NCBI GenBank assembly: GCA_951804945.1
Contig: OX638152.1
Coordinates: forward strand, 72,602,001 to 72,666,000
Direction of reading: 5' to 3'
DNA from: Podarcis cretensis
Taxonomy: Eukaryota
Length of the DNA stretch: 64,000 bases
The notes beneath the pieces were generated by a model. It saw nothing but the letters and a program-made list of their open reading frames with translations, did no database searches and was not told the DNA's origin. Below, piece by piece: positions 49,501 through 60,409 of this stretch; position 1 is the first letter of the stretch; every line of letters begins with the position of its first letter. The position numbers and the translations under genes are program-made.

Positions 49501-52233
49501 TTATTATTTGTACCCCGCCCATCTGGCTGGGTTTCCCCAGCCACTCTGGGCGGCTTCCATAAAAACCAAAAATACACTAAAATATCACAGATTAAAAACT
49601 TCCCTGAACAGGGCTGCCTTAAGATGTCTTCTGAATGTCAGGTAGTTATTTATCGCTTTGACATCTGATGGGAGGGCATTCCACAGGGCAGGCGCCACTA
49701 CCGAGAAGGCCCTCTGCCTGGTTCCCTGTAGCTCCTTACCATTGTTTCCGTTGCCACCTCCGTGTGGTCTAAGGTCAGGATACAGCTTAGGTCTGGAGTT
49801 GCCATCTATTAAACATTTCAAGAAGTGTACCCATGAAGAGAAACAAAATGGAAATCAGAATTAATGCTCCTTTAAAAAATCTGTATCCAGTCTTAACTGT
49901 TAAATTTTAAATCTTTCTCAATAACAATGTAAATCATTCATTCCATTATTTCCTTGGCCACCTGAATGTGGTTCATATATTTTTCTTTCCTTAGCAAAAG
50001 CATTCTTTTGACTTCCTTAATTTAAGGCAAGGGTCACTAGCTTTTATAGCCCATGAAACACATTTGAAGTTTTGGGAAAGTGCCCGAGCAACAGCCACAA
50101 AAATGGCTGCTGTGGGAGTGTATTATAACACAAAGTGTCTACCACATCTAAAAGAGCATAAAAAGAGGGAATATAATTATAGCAACTCACCCACTGAAGG
50201 CTTTTTGGTAGCTGGAGGAGGCTTTGGGGTACCTAACACAATTAAAATTAAAGTTAGTGTATCATACAGCTTATCAAAAGCAGGGTCAACTTGATATTAC
50301 ATTTCTCACTCTAAGTGAGACGAAACAAAAAAAATTCCTTCCAGTAGCACCTTAAAGACCAACTAAGTTAGTTCTTGGTATGAGCTTTCGTGTGCATGCA
50401 CACTTCTTCAGATACATGCACACGAAAGCTCATACCAAGAACTAACTTAGTTGGTCTTTAAGGTGCTACTGGAAGGAATTTTTTTTTGTTTTGACTATGG
50501 CAGACCAACACGGCTACCTATCTCTAAGTGAGACGATTAAGGTTGAAATTCTATACTCATTTGGCTACAGGGCAGCACTTTCTTCTTTCACCTCAGGTGG
50601 CAAAATGGGACACACCACTCCTGACCTGTATATACGTTGCATTGTGAAATATGATTGGCCTTTTCTTTCAAAGCAGGGGTTGGGAAGTCCAGACTTGAGG
50701 GCCAAATGTAGCCACCTAAGCCCCTCAGGGATTTTTCCCTGTTCCATGCCATCCTTATGCACTCTCACCTGACTGGAAGGTGTCCTCCTTGAACTGAAAT
50801 AATGCTTGCTGGGATGGAAGATGGAGGGGTGGGTGGGTGTGTTAGAAACTTCTAACTTTTCCATGGCTGAAATGTAGCCTGCCATGTGAAGATAAGTATT
50901 AAAAAGGTAAAGGTACCCCTGCCCATACGGGCCAGTCTTGACAGACTCTGGGGTTGGTGCGCCCATCTCACTCAAGAGGCCGGGGGCCAGCGCTGTCCGG
51001 AGACACTTCCAGGTCACGTAGCCAGCGTGACAAAGCTGCATCTGGCGAGCCAGCGCAGCACACGGAAACGCCGTTTACCTTCCCGCTATAAAGCGGTACC
51101 TATTTATCTACTTGCACTTAAGGGTGCTTTCAAACTGCTAGGTTGGCAGGCGCTGGGACCGAGCAGCGGGAGCGCACCCCACCACGGGGATTCGAACCGC
51201 CGACCTTTCGATCGGCAAGCCCTAGGCGCTGAGGCTTTTACCCACAGCGCCACCCGTGTCCCTACGTTTGCCCAATTTTGCCTCGAGCCCCTTCTACCAC
51301 AGTGCCCAGGTGGTTCCTCATGCAGGAATGTGGTCCCTGGACTGAAGAAGATGTTCCCACCCCTGCTTTAAAGTAGAAGGAACTCCCAATGGCCCCTCTA
51401 GATTTATATTTTGTCATCTCCCTTCTCCCAGATAGCAAGTAGCTGATGCTGGATACCCCTGTTCCAATCAAGAAGAATCACACTTCATGGCATGTAAAAT
51501 TATGTTTAAAATGAAGAATTATTGGGCCAATATCCAACTGCATCTTCTGTAAATTCTCCTTCAAACTCTACTCCTGGGTAAAGAAGGTGCCATCCAGAAC
51601 CCCAAACTCATTCTTTGAGTTTCCCTGTGCTAAAAAAAGTTTGCTATTTAGATAGAAAGACGAGTTTCTAAAAAAAAATAAAAATCCCAAAAACAACAAC
51701 AACATGTACACACAATGGCATGTGTTGAAGGATTCTGGGAGGATTATGCATACAGTATGTAGTTCTCTGCATAGGTTCTTGTGTGGGAAGGAATAGCAAG
51801 CACAAATAGTTTAGGAAAAGTTAGGATATGCATAATTTACATACATGCTCCTTTGAATCCTAGATTTGGGTTTTGCTTTTGGTCATGACCAGAAGAGGGA
51901 GATCTCCACCAAATCATATTAAACATGTTCTGCCTCTTTTAAAAATTTCTTTTAAAAATAATAACAAGAATAAAAATAAAAATGACTAATCTTGAACTGC
52001 AGCATTTGTTTACTTCTTTTAGACCTGTTTGTTAATTGTGTTTTGTTTCTTCAGAAAATCTACCCAGGATTCCACATTTATTTCTGTACAATAATTTCCA
52101 GTTTTGCCATTGACTTAAGCTGAAAGAGGAGTCACTTCAGTTTGATGTTTAGATTTTTTAAAAAAATCAAAAAAAATTTGGCCAGGAATCTTACCTTTGT
52201 CAAGAGCATCTGCTAAGTCAAAGTCATCATTGC
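44663..52233 (-). CDS. XG: XG (Xg glycoprotein, CD99 family), lacking the signal-peptide exon. Exons: 52233-52195, 50232-50191, 49805-49740, 48818-48780, 47818-47750, 47099-47043, 46583-46545, 45863-45744, 44679-44663
   Basis: NDDFDLADALD; PATKKPS; YPRPRPQPG; GDFNDLDLNDGRPPPP; TM segment ISSPVVIAVVLLACGAIAGY followed by KKKRYCFK and a short tail GAVV*. All exons are phase 1 with GT/AG. The gene is immediately upstream of GYG2 on the same strand, as is human XG. Confidence 0.85.
45009..45123. mobile_element. hAT-type MITE
   Basis: 8-bp TSD gggatatg, TIR CRGTGCT. Confidence 0.8.
45744..45863 (-). CDS. XG: XG transmembrane exon
   Basis: 120 nt; hydrophobic helix followed by YKKKRYCFK. Confidence 0.92.
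46545..46583 (-). CDS. XG: XG exon (GGNEHISNQGGNT)
   Basis: 39 nt, phase 1/1. Confidence 0.78.
47043..47099 (-). CDS. XG: XG exon (GDFNDLDLNDGRPPPPGPA)
   Basis: 57 nt, phase 1/1. Confidence 0.87.
47750..47818 (-). CDS. XG: XG exon (DGPPPNPQPYPRPRPQPGSHINS)
   Basis: 69 nt, phase 1/1. Confidence 0.87.
48780..48818 (-). CDS. XG: XG exon (DPDFHLGDALGAG)
   Basis: 39 nt, second DFxLxDAL motif. Confidence 0.82.
49118..49263. other. Assembly gap (146 N)
   Basis: Run of N. Confidence 1.
49449..49731 (-). mobile_element. L2 3' fragment with (AAT)n tail, ending about 8 nt from an XG donor site
   Basis: Reverse complement of the 26670-26959 family. Confidence 0.85.
49740..49805 (-). CDS. XG: XG exon (DGNSRPKLYPDLRPHGGGNGNN)
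   Basis: 66 nt, phase 1/1. Confidence 0.82.
50191..50232 (-). CDS. XG: XG exon (GTPKPPPATKKPSV)
   Basis: 42 nt, phase 1/1. Confidence 0.85.
50324..50521. mobile_element. Penelope-like element remnant with inverted pLTR arms
   Basis: About 75-bp near-perfect inverted repeat (50323-50398 / 50415-50491), 15-bp direct flanking duplication ctctaagtgagacga (50309-50323, 50522-50536), and a hammerhead motif. Confidence 0.8.
50378..50415 (-). ncRNA. Minimal type-I hammerhead ribozyme motif (Penelope-associated)
   Basis: Minus strand reads GTAT-CTGAAGA-A-GTGTG(CATG)CACAC-GAAA-GC-TC-ATAC: CUGANGA and GAAA cores, stem II, stem I GTAT/ATAC, palindromic AGCU stem III and a UC cleavage site. Confidence 0.78.
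50902..51262 (-). mobile_element. Sauria SINE, different subfamily
   Basis: Same architecture, with diagnostic differences in the tail (GGTACCCCTGCCC...). Confidence 0.88.
52195..52233 (-). CDS. XG: XG exon (GNDDFDLADALDK)
   Basis: 39 nt, CD99-family DFDLxDAL motif. Confidence 0.9.
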
Positions 52234-52946
52234 CTATCAAAAGAACACAATAATTTAGAAAGACATTGTAACAGAATGCAAAGCTTCAATCTGCCTTGTC
52301 TCCCCAGAATATCTGCCAAGGATTCTGGCCTGCTATAACAGCATGATGGCAGACTTGTAGCCTGAGCTTTATATAAAATTTGAAAGATTGTGGTTGCTCT
52401 GAGTTAAACTAGTCTGGAAGGAACCCAAAATAAACTTTCCCCTCCCCAACTTGATATTAGTAAATTTTATTTTCTATTCTGTTCCTAATGATTCCTATCA
52501 CGGAATGTGCCTTCTTCCACAGCTGTTGCCCCCGGGTCCCATTGAAGATGGCATGACTGATGCAGTTGGCCCACTTGATTCAAAACAGGAACTCTCAGAA
52601 ATGAAACATAATGATCTCATTTATAGAATCACACTAGCTTAATTCATCAGAATGAACATGAAACATGTGATGTATCCTCTAGAGTCTAGAAAACGGTTTG
52701 GCTGCAACTCCAAAAAGCTTGTTTACAAATTCCCAAAGTAAACTTAATGGAAGGGTTTGAAAACAAGTATTTTGGTTTGCAGGTATTGTTTCCCTCCCAA
52801 AACAAAAAGGATGTTTTCAATGGTGCCATGATGCCAATGTGCCATCAAGATTTCTTCCTGAAGTCTTGAATTCTCTCCTCCTGTTGCATGGTGGCAAACC
52901 TCTTCAAACTAAAGGGACTTTCATAAACTGTGAATATTGGATAGTA

Positions 52947-55900
52947 GCGTTTGTGGGGAGGGCTCCTCCCCCTGCTAGCCCATTCTCCATCTTGGGCTTG
53001 GGGACGGGCCCCACACTCCACCTCAGCATAAAAGACTCCAAGGAGGCCCGGGACACTGCTGCTGCTGCTTTGCCGGTGAGTCTTGGGGAGGACCGCTCCC
53101 CCTGCAAGCCCATTCTCCATCTTGGGCTTGGGGACGGGCCCCACACTCCACCTCAGCATAAAAGACTCCAAGGAGGCCTCGGAACATTGCTGCTGCCGCT
53201 TTGCCGTGCGTTTGTGGGGAGGGCTCTTCCCCCTGCAGGCCCACTCTCCATCAGGCCAGGGGGCGGGGCCCACGCTCACCACCGCCGCAGCTTCGGGGAC
53301 ACTGGTGCTGCTGCAGCGGTTGTTTGAAGTGTTCTTATATGTTTTAAACTGTTTTTATTTTTTGCTTTGTTGTACCACCATAAGCGGTGGTTTTTATCCA
53401 TGTACTTTTATTTTGTTTTGATTTATTTTGGGTTGGGGTGGGGTGGTTGGGGAGTGGGGTGGGGATTGGTTTTGTTTTCGTGTAATTGTTTTTGTTTGTT
53501 TGCTTTTATATTCTATAAATGGAGGCGAGTATGAGGCTTGGGATTCCTACTGTGGAGGGGCGAGGGAGGTATGGCGGTGGGGGCAGATGTCATAGGCGAA
53601 GGGGATCGAGATACGGACATGCTCGTACCCCTTCCAATCTGCGCCCCATCCCGAGAGACGAGGGTAGGGTGAGCAAGGATTACTCACCTCCGTCACTGGT
53701 GTTGTGCAATGCCAGGTCTATAGGCAACAAAACCGCCACCCTGCGAGATTTCTTCACCTCGCAGGGGGTTGACCTGCATGTGTGACTGAGACCTGGGTGC
53801 GCGAAGGGGATACTGTTACCTTACGAGAGATGGCGCCCCCGGGTTTCTCCGTCCTTCACCAGTCGCGGACTGTGGGCTGGGGGGGAGGGGTGGCGTTATT
53901 AATCCGGGAAGATTGTTCTTTCAGGGCTCTACCATCGCCATCGATCCCCGGCATTGAATGTGTTGGCCTAGTGTGGGGCTCCGAGGTGAGCTTGGCTGTT
54001 TGGCTGGTGTACTGGCCACCTAGCGCACCAGCAGCCACCCTGTCAGGCCTGCTGGAGGCGGTGGCCGGCTGGGCCTTGGAGTTCCCTAACCTATTGGTAT
54101 TGGGGGACTTCAACATCCATGCTGATGCCACTCCCTCCTCACAGGCTCTGGACCTGGTGTCTTCCATGGCGACACTAGGGCTCTCCCAGTTTGTTTCGGG
54201 CCCCACACATCAAGCAGGCCACACGCTGGATTTGATCTTTGGCGTCGGTATAGATGTGATCATGTTTCCTTCGATGAAGGTGCCATGGTCTGATCACTAT
54301 GCTCTGAAAGCCAGGATTGACGTTCCACCCCCACCCTGCTTGGGTGGCGAGCCAATTTGGGCTCGCCCGCAGAGGCTGATGGACCCTGATAGATTCCATC
54401 AAGCCTTGCGGGACCTTTCTCCCCCTGGCAACTCATTGACTGAGCTTGTTGAGGCCTGGAATACCCAGCTCCTGGCAGCCATCAATGAGATCGCACCTAA
54501 GCGCCCTCTGCGACCCCGCAGAAACCGGGCTCCCTGGTTTACCGAGGAGCTCCGGAAAATGAAGCGGGACCTCAGACAGCTAGAGCGAGTATGGCGGGGT
54601 GCCCGTGACGGAGCTTCAAGAACATCTTATAGGGTTTTTATGAAAACCTACGAGATGGCAGTGAAGGCCGCTAAAAAGTCCTACTTCTCGGCCTCCATTG
54701 CATCCGCTAGCTCTCGCCCGGCGCAATTATTTAGTATAATTCGGTCTTTAACGTCCCTCAAAGGACAGCCAAATTTAAATAACAATCTGACACACAGCTG
54801 TGAGGCATTTGCGAGCTTTTTTGCGGAGAAGGTCTTGTTGCTCCGCCATGACCTCCCTGCCAATTTGGATACAATAAAGGAACTGGAGGCCCCTCGACTG
54901 TCCTCGGGTTCAGTATTGGACCACTTTGACTGGATATCCCCAGCTGATGTAGACAGACTCCTCCGAGCTGGAAAGCCCACCACCTGTCCTCTCGACCCGT
55001 GCCCGTCCTGGCTGATTAGAGCGTGTCCAGACGAGGTGCGGGCCCCCCTGGGGGATATCATCAATCTGTCCCTTGGCACCGGGACATTCCCAGGGGAACT
55101 GAAGGAGGCAGTGGTGCGCCCGCTCTTAAAGAAAACATCATTAGATCCCTTAGATCTATCCAATTACCGCCCGGTTTCGAATCTGGCTCTGGTCGCCCTA
55201 ACAGATGATATCCGCAGACAGCTGGATCGAGGCGGGTCGGGGCTGCTGATTCTTCTAGACCTGTCAGCAGCCTTCGACATGGTCGATCACGAACTCCTGG
55301 ACCACAGCCTTGCCGACGTGGGGATCCAGGGCACAGTCCTTCAATGGCTGCGCTCGTTTCTCTCTGGTCGGGGACAGAGGGTGGCGCTTGGGGGGGAATT
55401 GTCATCCCGCCACTCCTTGGTGTGTGGTGTGCCTCAGGGTGCAATACTCTCCCCGATGCTTTTTAACATCTTTATGCGCCCCCTCGCCCAGCTTGTCCGG
55501 AGTTGTGGGCTGGGCTGCCATCAGTATGCTGATGACACCCAACTCTATTTGTTGATGGACGGCCACCCGGACTCGGCCCCAGACACACTGATCAGATGCT
55601 TGGAGGCTGTGGCTGGATGGTTACGTGGGAGCCGGTTGAAGTTAAATCCTTCGAAGACAGAGGTCCTCTGGCTGGGACGGGACGACATGGGACTGAGGGG
55701 GCAACTCCCATCTCTTGCGGGGGTGCAATTAGTGCCAGCACCGTCCGTTAAGAGTTTGGGTGTAATCTTTGATACCTCCCTCTCCATGGAGGCGCAGATT
55801 GCAGCTATAACAAAGGCGGCATTTTTTCATCTCCGCCAAGCTAAGCAGTTGGCTCCTTACCTCTCTCGCCCTGACCTAGCCACTGTGATCCACGCGACGG

Positions 55901-56538
55901 TCACCTCCAGACTGGATTATTGTAACTCGCTCTACGTGGGGCTGCCCTTGAGACTGACCCAGAAACTCCAGCGGGTGCAGAATGCCGCAGCGAGACTCCT
56001 TACGGGGTCTTCGCTTAGAGATCACATTCATCCGGTGCTATACCAGCTGCACTGGCTCCCGGTGGAGTACAGGATCAGGTTTAAGGTGCTGGTTTTAACC
56101 TTCAAAGCCCTATACGGCCTAGGGCCCTCGTACCTACGGGACCGCCTCTCCTGGTATGCCCCACAGAGGAACTTACGATCTTCAAATAAAAACACCTTGA
56201 GGGTCCCAGGCCTCAGAGAGGTTAGGCTGGCCTCAACTAGAGCCAGGGCTTTTTCGGCTGCGGCTCCAACCTGGTGGAACGCTCTGTCACAAGAGACAAG
56301 GGCCCTGCAGGACTTGACATCTTTCCGCAGGGCCTGCAAGACAGAGCTGTTCCACCTGGCATTTGGTCAGGGCGCAGCCTGACCCCCTCCTCTGGCAATC
56401 TTTACAAAACTTTAGTTTATGGTTGCCATCAATTTTGATTTTAATTCATTTTTATAATGTTTTATAATGTCATACTGTTTTAGTGTTGTTAGCCGCCCTG
56501 AGCCCGGCTTCGGCTGGGGAGGGCGGGATATAAATAAA

Positions 56539-56583
<45 letters not shown>
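52947..56583 (+). mobile_element. Near full-length L2-clade LINE (APE endonuclease + reverse transcriptase), disrupted
   Basis: 5' region with about 130-bp tandem repeats. ORF from ATG 53519 (LCNARSI..K) with a frameshift near 53776, continuing to 56382: VTETW, GDFN, GHTLDL, SDH, YRPVSNL, LDLSAAFD, GVPQG, YADDTQLY, SRLDYCNSL, LHWLPV. (TTA)n tail. Confidence 0.95.
53782..56382 (+). pseudogene. L2 ORF (endonuclease-RT), open for 866 codons but frameshifted from its N-terminus and with an internal in-frame RT deletion
   Basis: ORF track. YRPVSNL joins directly to ALVALTDD, missing the usual ...QSGFR..H.TE. segment. Confidence 0.85.
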
Positions 56584-56584
<1 letters not shown>

Positions 56585-58218
56585 CCTGGCATGCCCAATA
56601 ACCTGGGAATGCTTAAGATATCCAATCAGGTATATTATAACTGTTTGCTCAGCACAGAGTTCAACTATGGGTGGCAGTAATTCTGGTTTTGTCTCCATTC
56701 TCCTCTCTGCTGATCCCCACAATGGCAACACTGGTACTATGATGGAGAAAGGAAATAGTGTCACGCAGTGAACTGGTTGTAGTCAAGTGATGGTTGCCTG
56801 AAGGCAGACTGCAATTGCTCTACTAGACTGAAAGTGTGAGGTTGTGTTCTGTTGGTGAAGCAAGCAGGGATTTGAGGAGTTTCTGGGCCAGGATGGTAAA
56901 AACTGGGGGTTACAGATTAGAAAGAACCATTTAAACTTGGGCCCAAAGCATAACTGAAAAGTGCAATAGAAATGATTAATAATAATATAGATGCGGTGAC
57001 ATTGTTTCATTAAGACCTCTTCCTGTCTGTGCTCTAGTTAATCTGTAGTCTTTCCATCACTTTGCAAGTTAAGCAAATGAGGCATTAGGAAAGACAAAGC
57101 ACTGTAGCACATAGGAAATGTGAAATGGTGCAATAATTCCACTTTATGTGCCAATAGAACTGCAGCAGTATAAAATCTGATTGATGTATTCACATAACAT
57201 TGAGGGGGAAGCAGAATCAAAATTGCTTTTAGCATAGCTACAGTTGCTGTGCAGATCAGGAGACAGCTACTAAAAAACAAAAACAAAAAAGCTGCTACAC
57301 TGAAAAACTTTACATTGTTTCTGATCAGAGTTGTGATGGTACTGTTTCCTAGCTTTGCTTTTTTTGTGATGGATGGGGTGGGATTCTCTAGAGTCTATGC
57401 ATTTATATTTCTGGATTGAATCTGAGGCTGAGTACATACCACATATTTAAAGTGCATCTTCCACCCTACAAAGAATCTTGAAAACTGTCATTTGCTTAAG
57501 GTGCTGGGAACTGTGGCTCTGTGAGAAGAAAACTACAGTCCCCAGAATTATTGGATGGGGGTACTTTCAATGTATTGTCTGTACGTCATCTTACATTCAT
57601 TTTGGATCTGGAAAAACCAACAAGAAGTGATGTTTCTCATCCATTCTTACTTAATAACAATGTCTTCCGAATTGGGAAGAAGCCCAATTCAGTGACAAAT
57701 TCATCTCTTCACACCACATTTTTTTAATACCGTGAGTGCATCACAGTTTCTTGGGAGTTGGACAGCCCTGCCATATATAAACAAATTTTAGACGTTAGTT
57801 GCTCTTCAGTTCCCAGCAAATGCCTGCTGTTGAGGGGAAAATGTTGATGTATCAATATGCTAAAAGCCACAGAGTGTTGTGAATAAATGTTCTGATATAT
57901 TTTGTGCATGTGTGGTGAAATCACAGGACCACAGGGTAAGAAATAGCACCTTGAGTTAAGACAGAAAGTGGTGAACCACACTATGCATCTGGTATGTGTC
58001 AGAACCACAGTGCTTCAATAACAATCAGCCATAATAACCAACAACCATGCCAGCTCCTAAACTGTTCCTCTGAATCTGCCTCTAGAAAATGTAATGTTAG
58101 GACAGTCTAATAAACTGATCTGGATGATGAAGTAGTAAGATGTTATTGGATGCCCAAGACCCATCAGTCTTGATCAGCATGGCCAGTGATCAGTGGTGAT
58201 GGGAGTTGTAGTCCAATA

Positions 58219-58450
58219 CAGTGGCGTGCAGTGAAATTTTTCACAGGAGAATAGTTAGGGCCAGAGGCACTAGCTTGCAAGGGTAACCAATGCTCACCTT
58301 GGACATTGCAACATCCTGACGCCATGTGCATGAGCATTGTGCCCCCCTCCCTAGACTAGGCAGAAGCTTCACAAGCTTTGGGAAGGAGACACCAGAGTTA
58401 CATTTAGGGGATTAGCCTAGTTCCCCTAGTCCACTGACGGCACACCACTG
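58219..58450. mobile_element. hAT-type MITE nested in an older element
   Basis: TIR CAGTGG.GTGC, 8-bp TSD gtccaata, splitting a tgggagttgtagtccaa...tctggagg element. Confidence 0.85.
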
Positions 58451-58614
58451 GTCCAATAACTTCTGGAGGACCACAGGATTCCCATACCCACCCTAGAGCA
58501 TCCTTAGATTCCACTGACAAGCCATGAAATGCCTGAGGTCTGGGATCATTCAGTAAATCCTAGTGTGGTGATGCAAGGACAGATTACACTAGAAGCTGCA
58601 GGTGATATCATCAA

Positions 58615-58823
58615 TGTAAAAGGCCATAGGTCAGTAGTAGGCCATTTGCTTTGCATGCAAAGAAGGTCTCAGGCTCAATCCCATACCTGAATGGCACCTC
58701 CAGGTAGGGCTGAGAATGACCAGCATGTGAACCCTAGAGAGCTGCTGTCAGTTGGTGTGTAGACCATACTGAGCTGGATAGACCAATGGGTCTATTAAGT
58801 ATAAGGTAGCTTCCAGTGTTCCT
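58615..58823 (+). mobile_element. tRNA-derived SINE (Squam3-like); other copies near 7767-7880, 23175-23330 and 38168-38325
   Basis: tgcatgca.agaaggtc.caggttcaatcc head and ...actgagct.gat.gaccaatgg... tail shared between copies. Confidence 0.65.
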
Positions 58824-60197
58824 AATTCAAATGCTTGGAGTCGTGCAGACAGTGAAAATGGATTGGTAAAAATAGTCCTTTTCCGATAACAACAGACAAT
58901 CTCACCATAAACATCTCCTCTGTGGAACATCTGTACATACCCAAACAGCAGAGCACCAGTTTCTTTTTATTGCACTGCTTTGTTCCAACAAATCTGTGTT
59001 GAACAGCGGATGAATATTTTGAAAAGCCAGCAATATATTCCATCTAAAGGGAAACTCATACCCTCCAACAGTTCACCAATTACAGTAGGGATGTCCCATT
59101 CCATAATGATAACTTTACTATTTATATGCCACACATCTTACTGGGTTGCCCCAGCCACTCTGAGCAGCTTCCAACATATTTTTTTTAAAAAAAAATAAAC
59201 TTTTTTTTTAAAAAAAAATCCCTTCAGATGGCTCGAATGTTGGATAACTCCACACCCTCCAACATTTCTCCAATGAAAATAGAGACATCCTTAGGAAAAG
59301 TTGGACTTTCCGGGATCAAATCAGAAACCAGGACAGTTTATTTAAATCAGGGATGTCCCTGGAAAATTAGGACAATTGGAGGGCCTGGAAACTATCCTGA
59401 AAATCTGGCAACATGAGTAGGGTTGCTTTCTAATGACAAAAAATGGAACATGGGCAGCTTCAGTGAATGAAAAATGGGTAATCATTCTCCTCTCCAGTGA
59501 TTTTTGCTCTGGAGTATCTGTATTTTAAAACTGGAGGAAATAGGATGTGATAAGTGACTTCCTGGATGACACAAGCACCTCATTACTCAGTTCCCTCTAG
59601 ACACCGTTATCGAGGCAATTTGCATGGCAATCTCAATAGGTACCTCATTACTGGCTTTTGAGCAGTTCTGCAGTTGGAGTGCAGGAAAATGCAACTTTGT
59701 GAGGAAAATGGCTATGTTGACACAGAAGATAGAGGCATGCAGGGCACTCAAAGAAGAATCACACACATGCATTCATGGTTTGGGGGAGCAAAGTCTATTA
59801 TTAGGGCATCCATGATTTAATTCATGCTATATTGAATTTTAATATACTGTGATTAACAGCCGGAGGAGATAATGAAGCAGAAGGAAAAAAACAGAGAGCA
59901 ACCACAGTCTCTCAGTATCCTTGCTGCAGTATGAAATTGTATCCTTTGTCTTATCTAAGAGTGAGAATTGCAAGGGAATATAGAAATAAATTCTGGGGGA
60001 AACAGGTGGCCCTTTATACAATATTGTCAAGAAAATAATTACCTCTTACAAAAGCAAATCCAGGTAGGTTTTGAGTTTTTATAAAAGAAATGTTGTAATT
60101 TTCTGCTAAGTTCTATTTACTTGTGGAATATTATGATCTGAAGGTTTTTAAAAATAAAAAACAGTTTTGTTGATCATTGTTAATAATGGATGTGTGT

Positions 60198-60213
60198 GTA
60201 TATATATATATAC

Positions 60214-60260
<47 letters not shown>

Positions 60261-60356
60261 TAGCATCCTCTATAGCACCACCAAAGTCTGCTTTGTTCAT
60301 TTTGTTCAGGAGACTCACTACAAAGAAGCAATGATAGATGATGATAGATGATAGAT

Positions 60357-60391
<35 letters not shown>

Positions 60392-60409
60392 GATATAGAT
60401 AGATAGATA
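60198..60409. repeat. (TA)n (60198-60257) and (GATA)n (60330-60409) microsatellites
   Basis: Seen directly. Confidence 0.92.

Noticed and set aside
52839-53421. ORFs that could be an L2 ORF1
   Set aside because: They are translations of GC-rich tandem repeats in several frames, with no ORF1 motifs, and some start outside the element.
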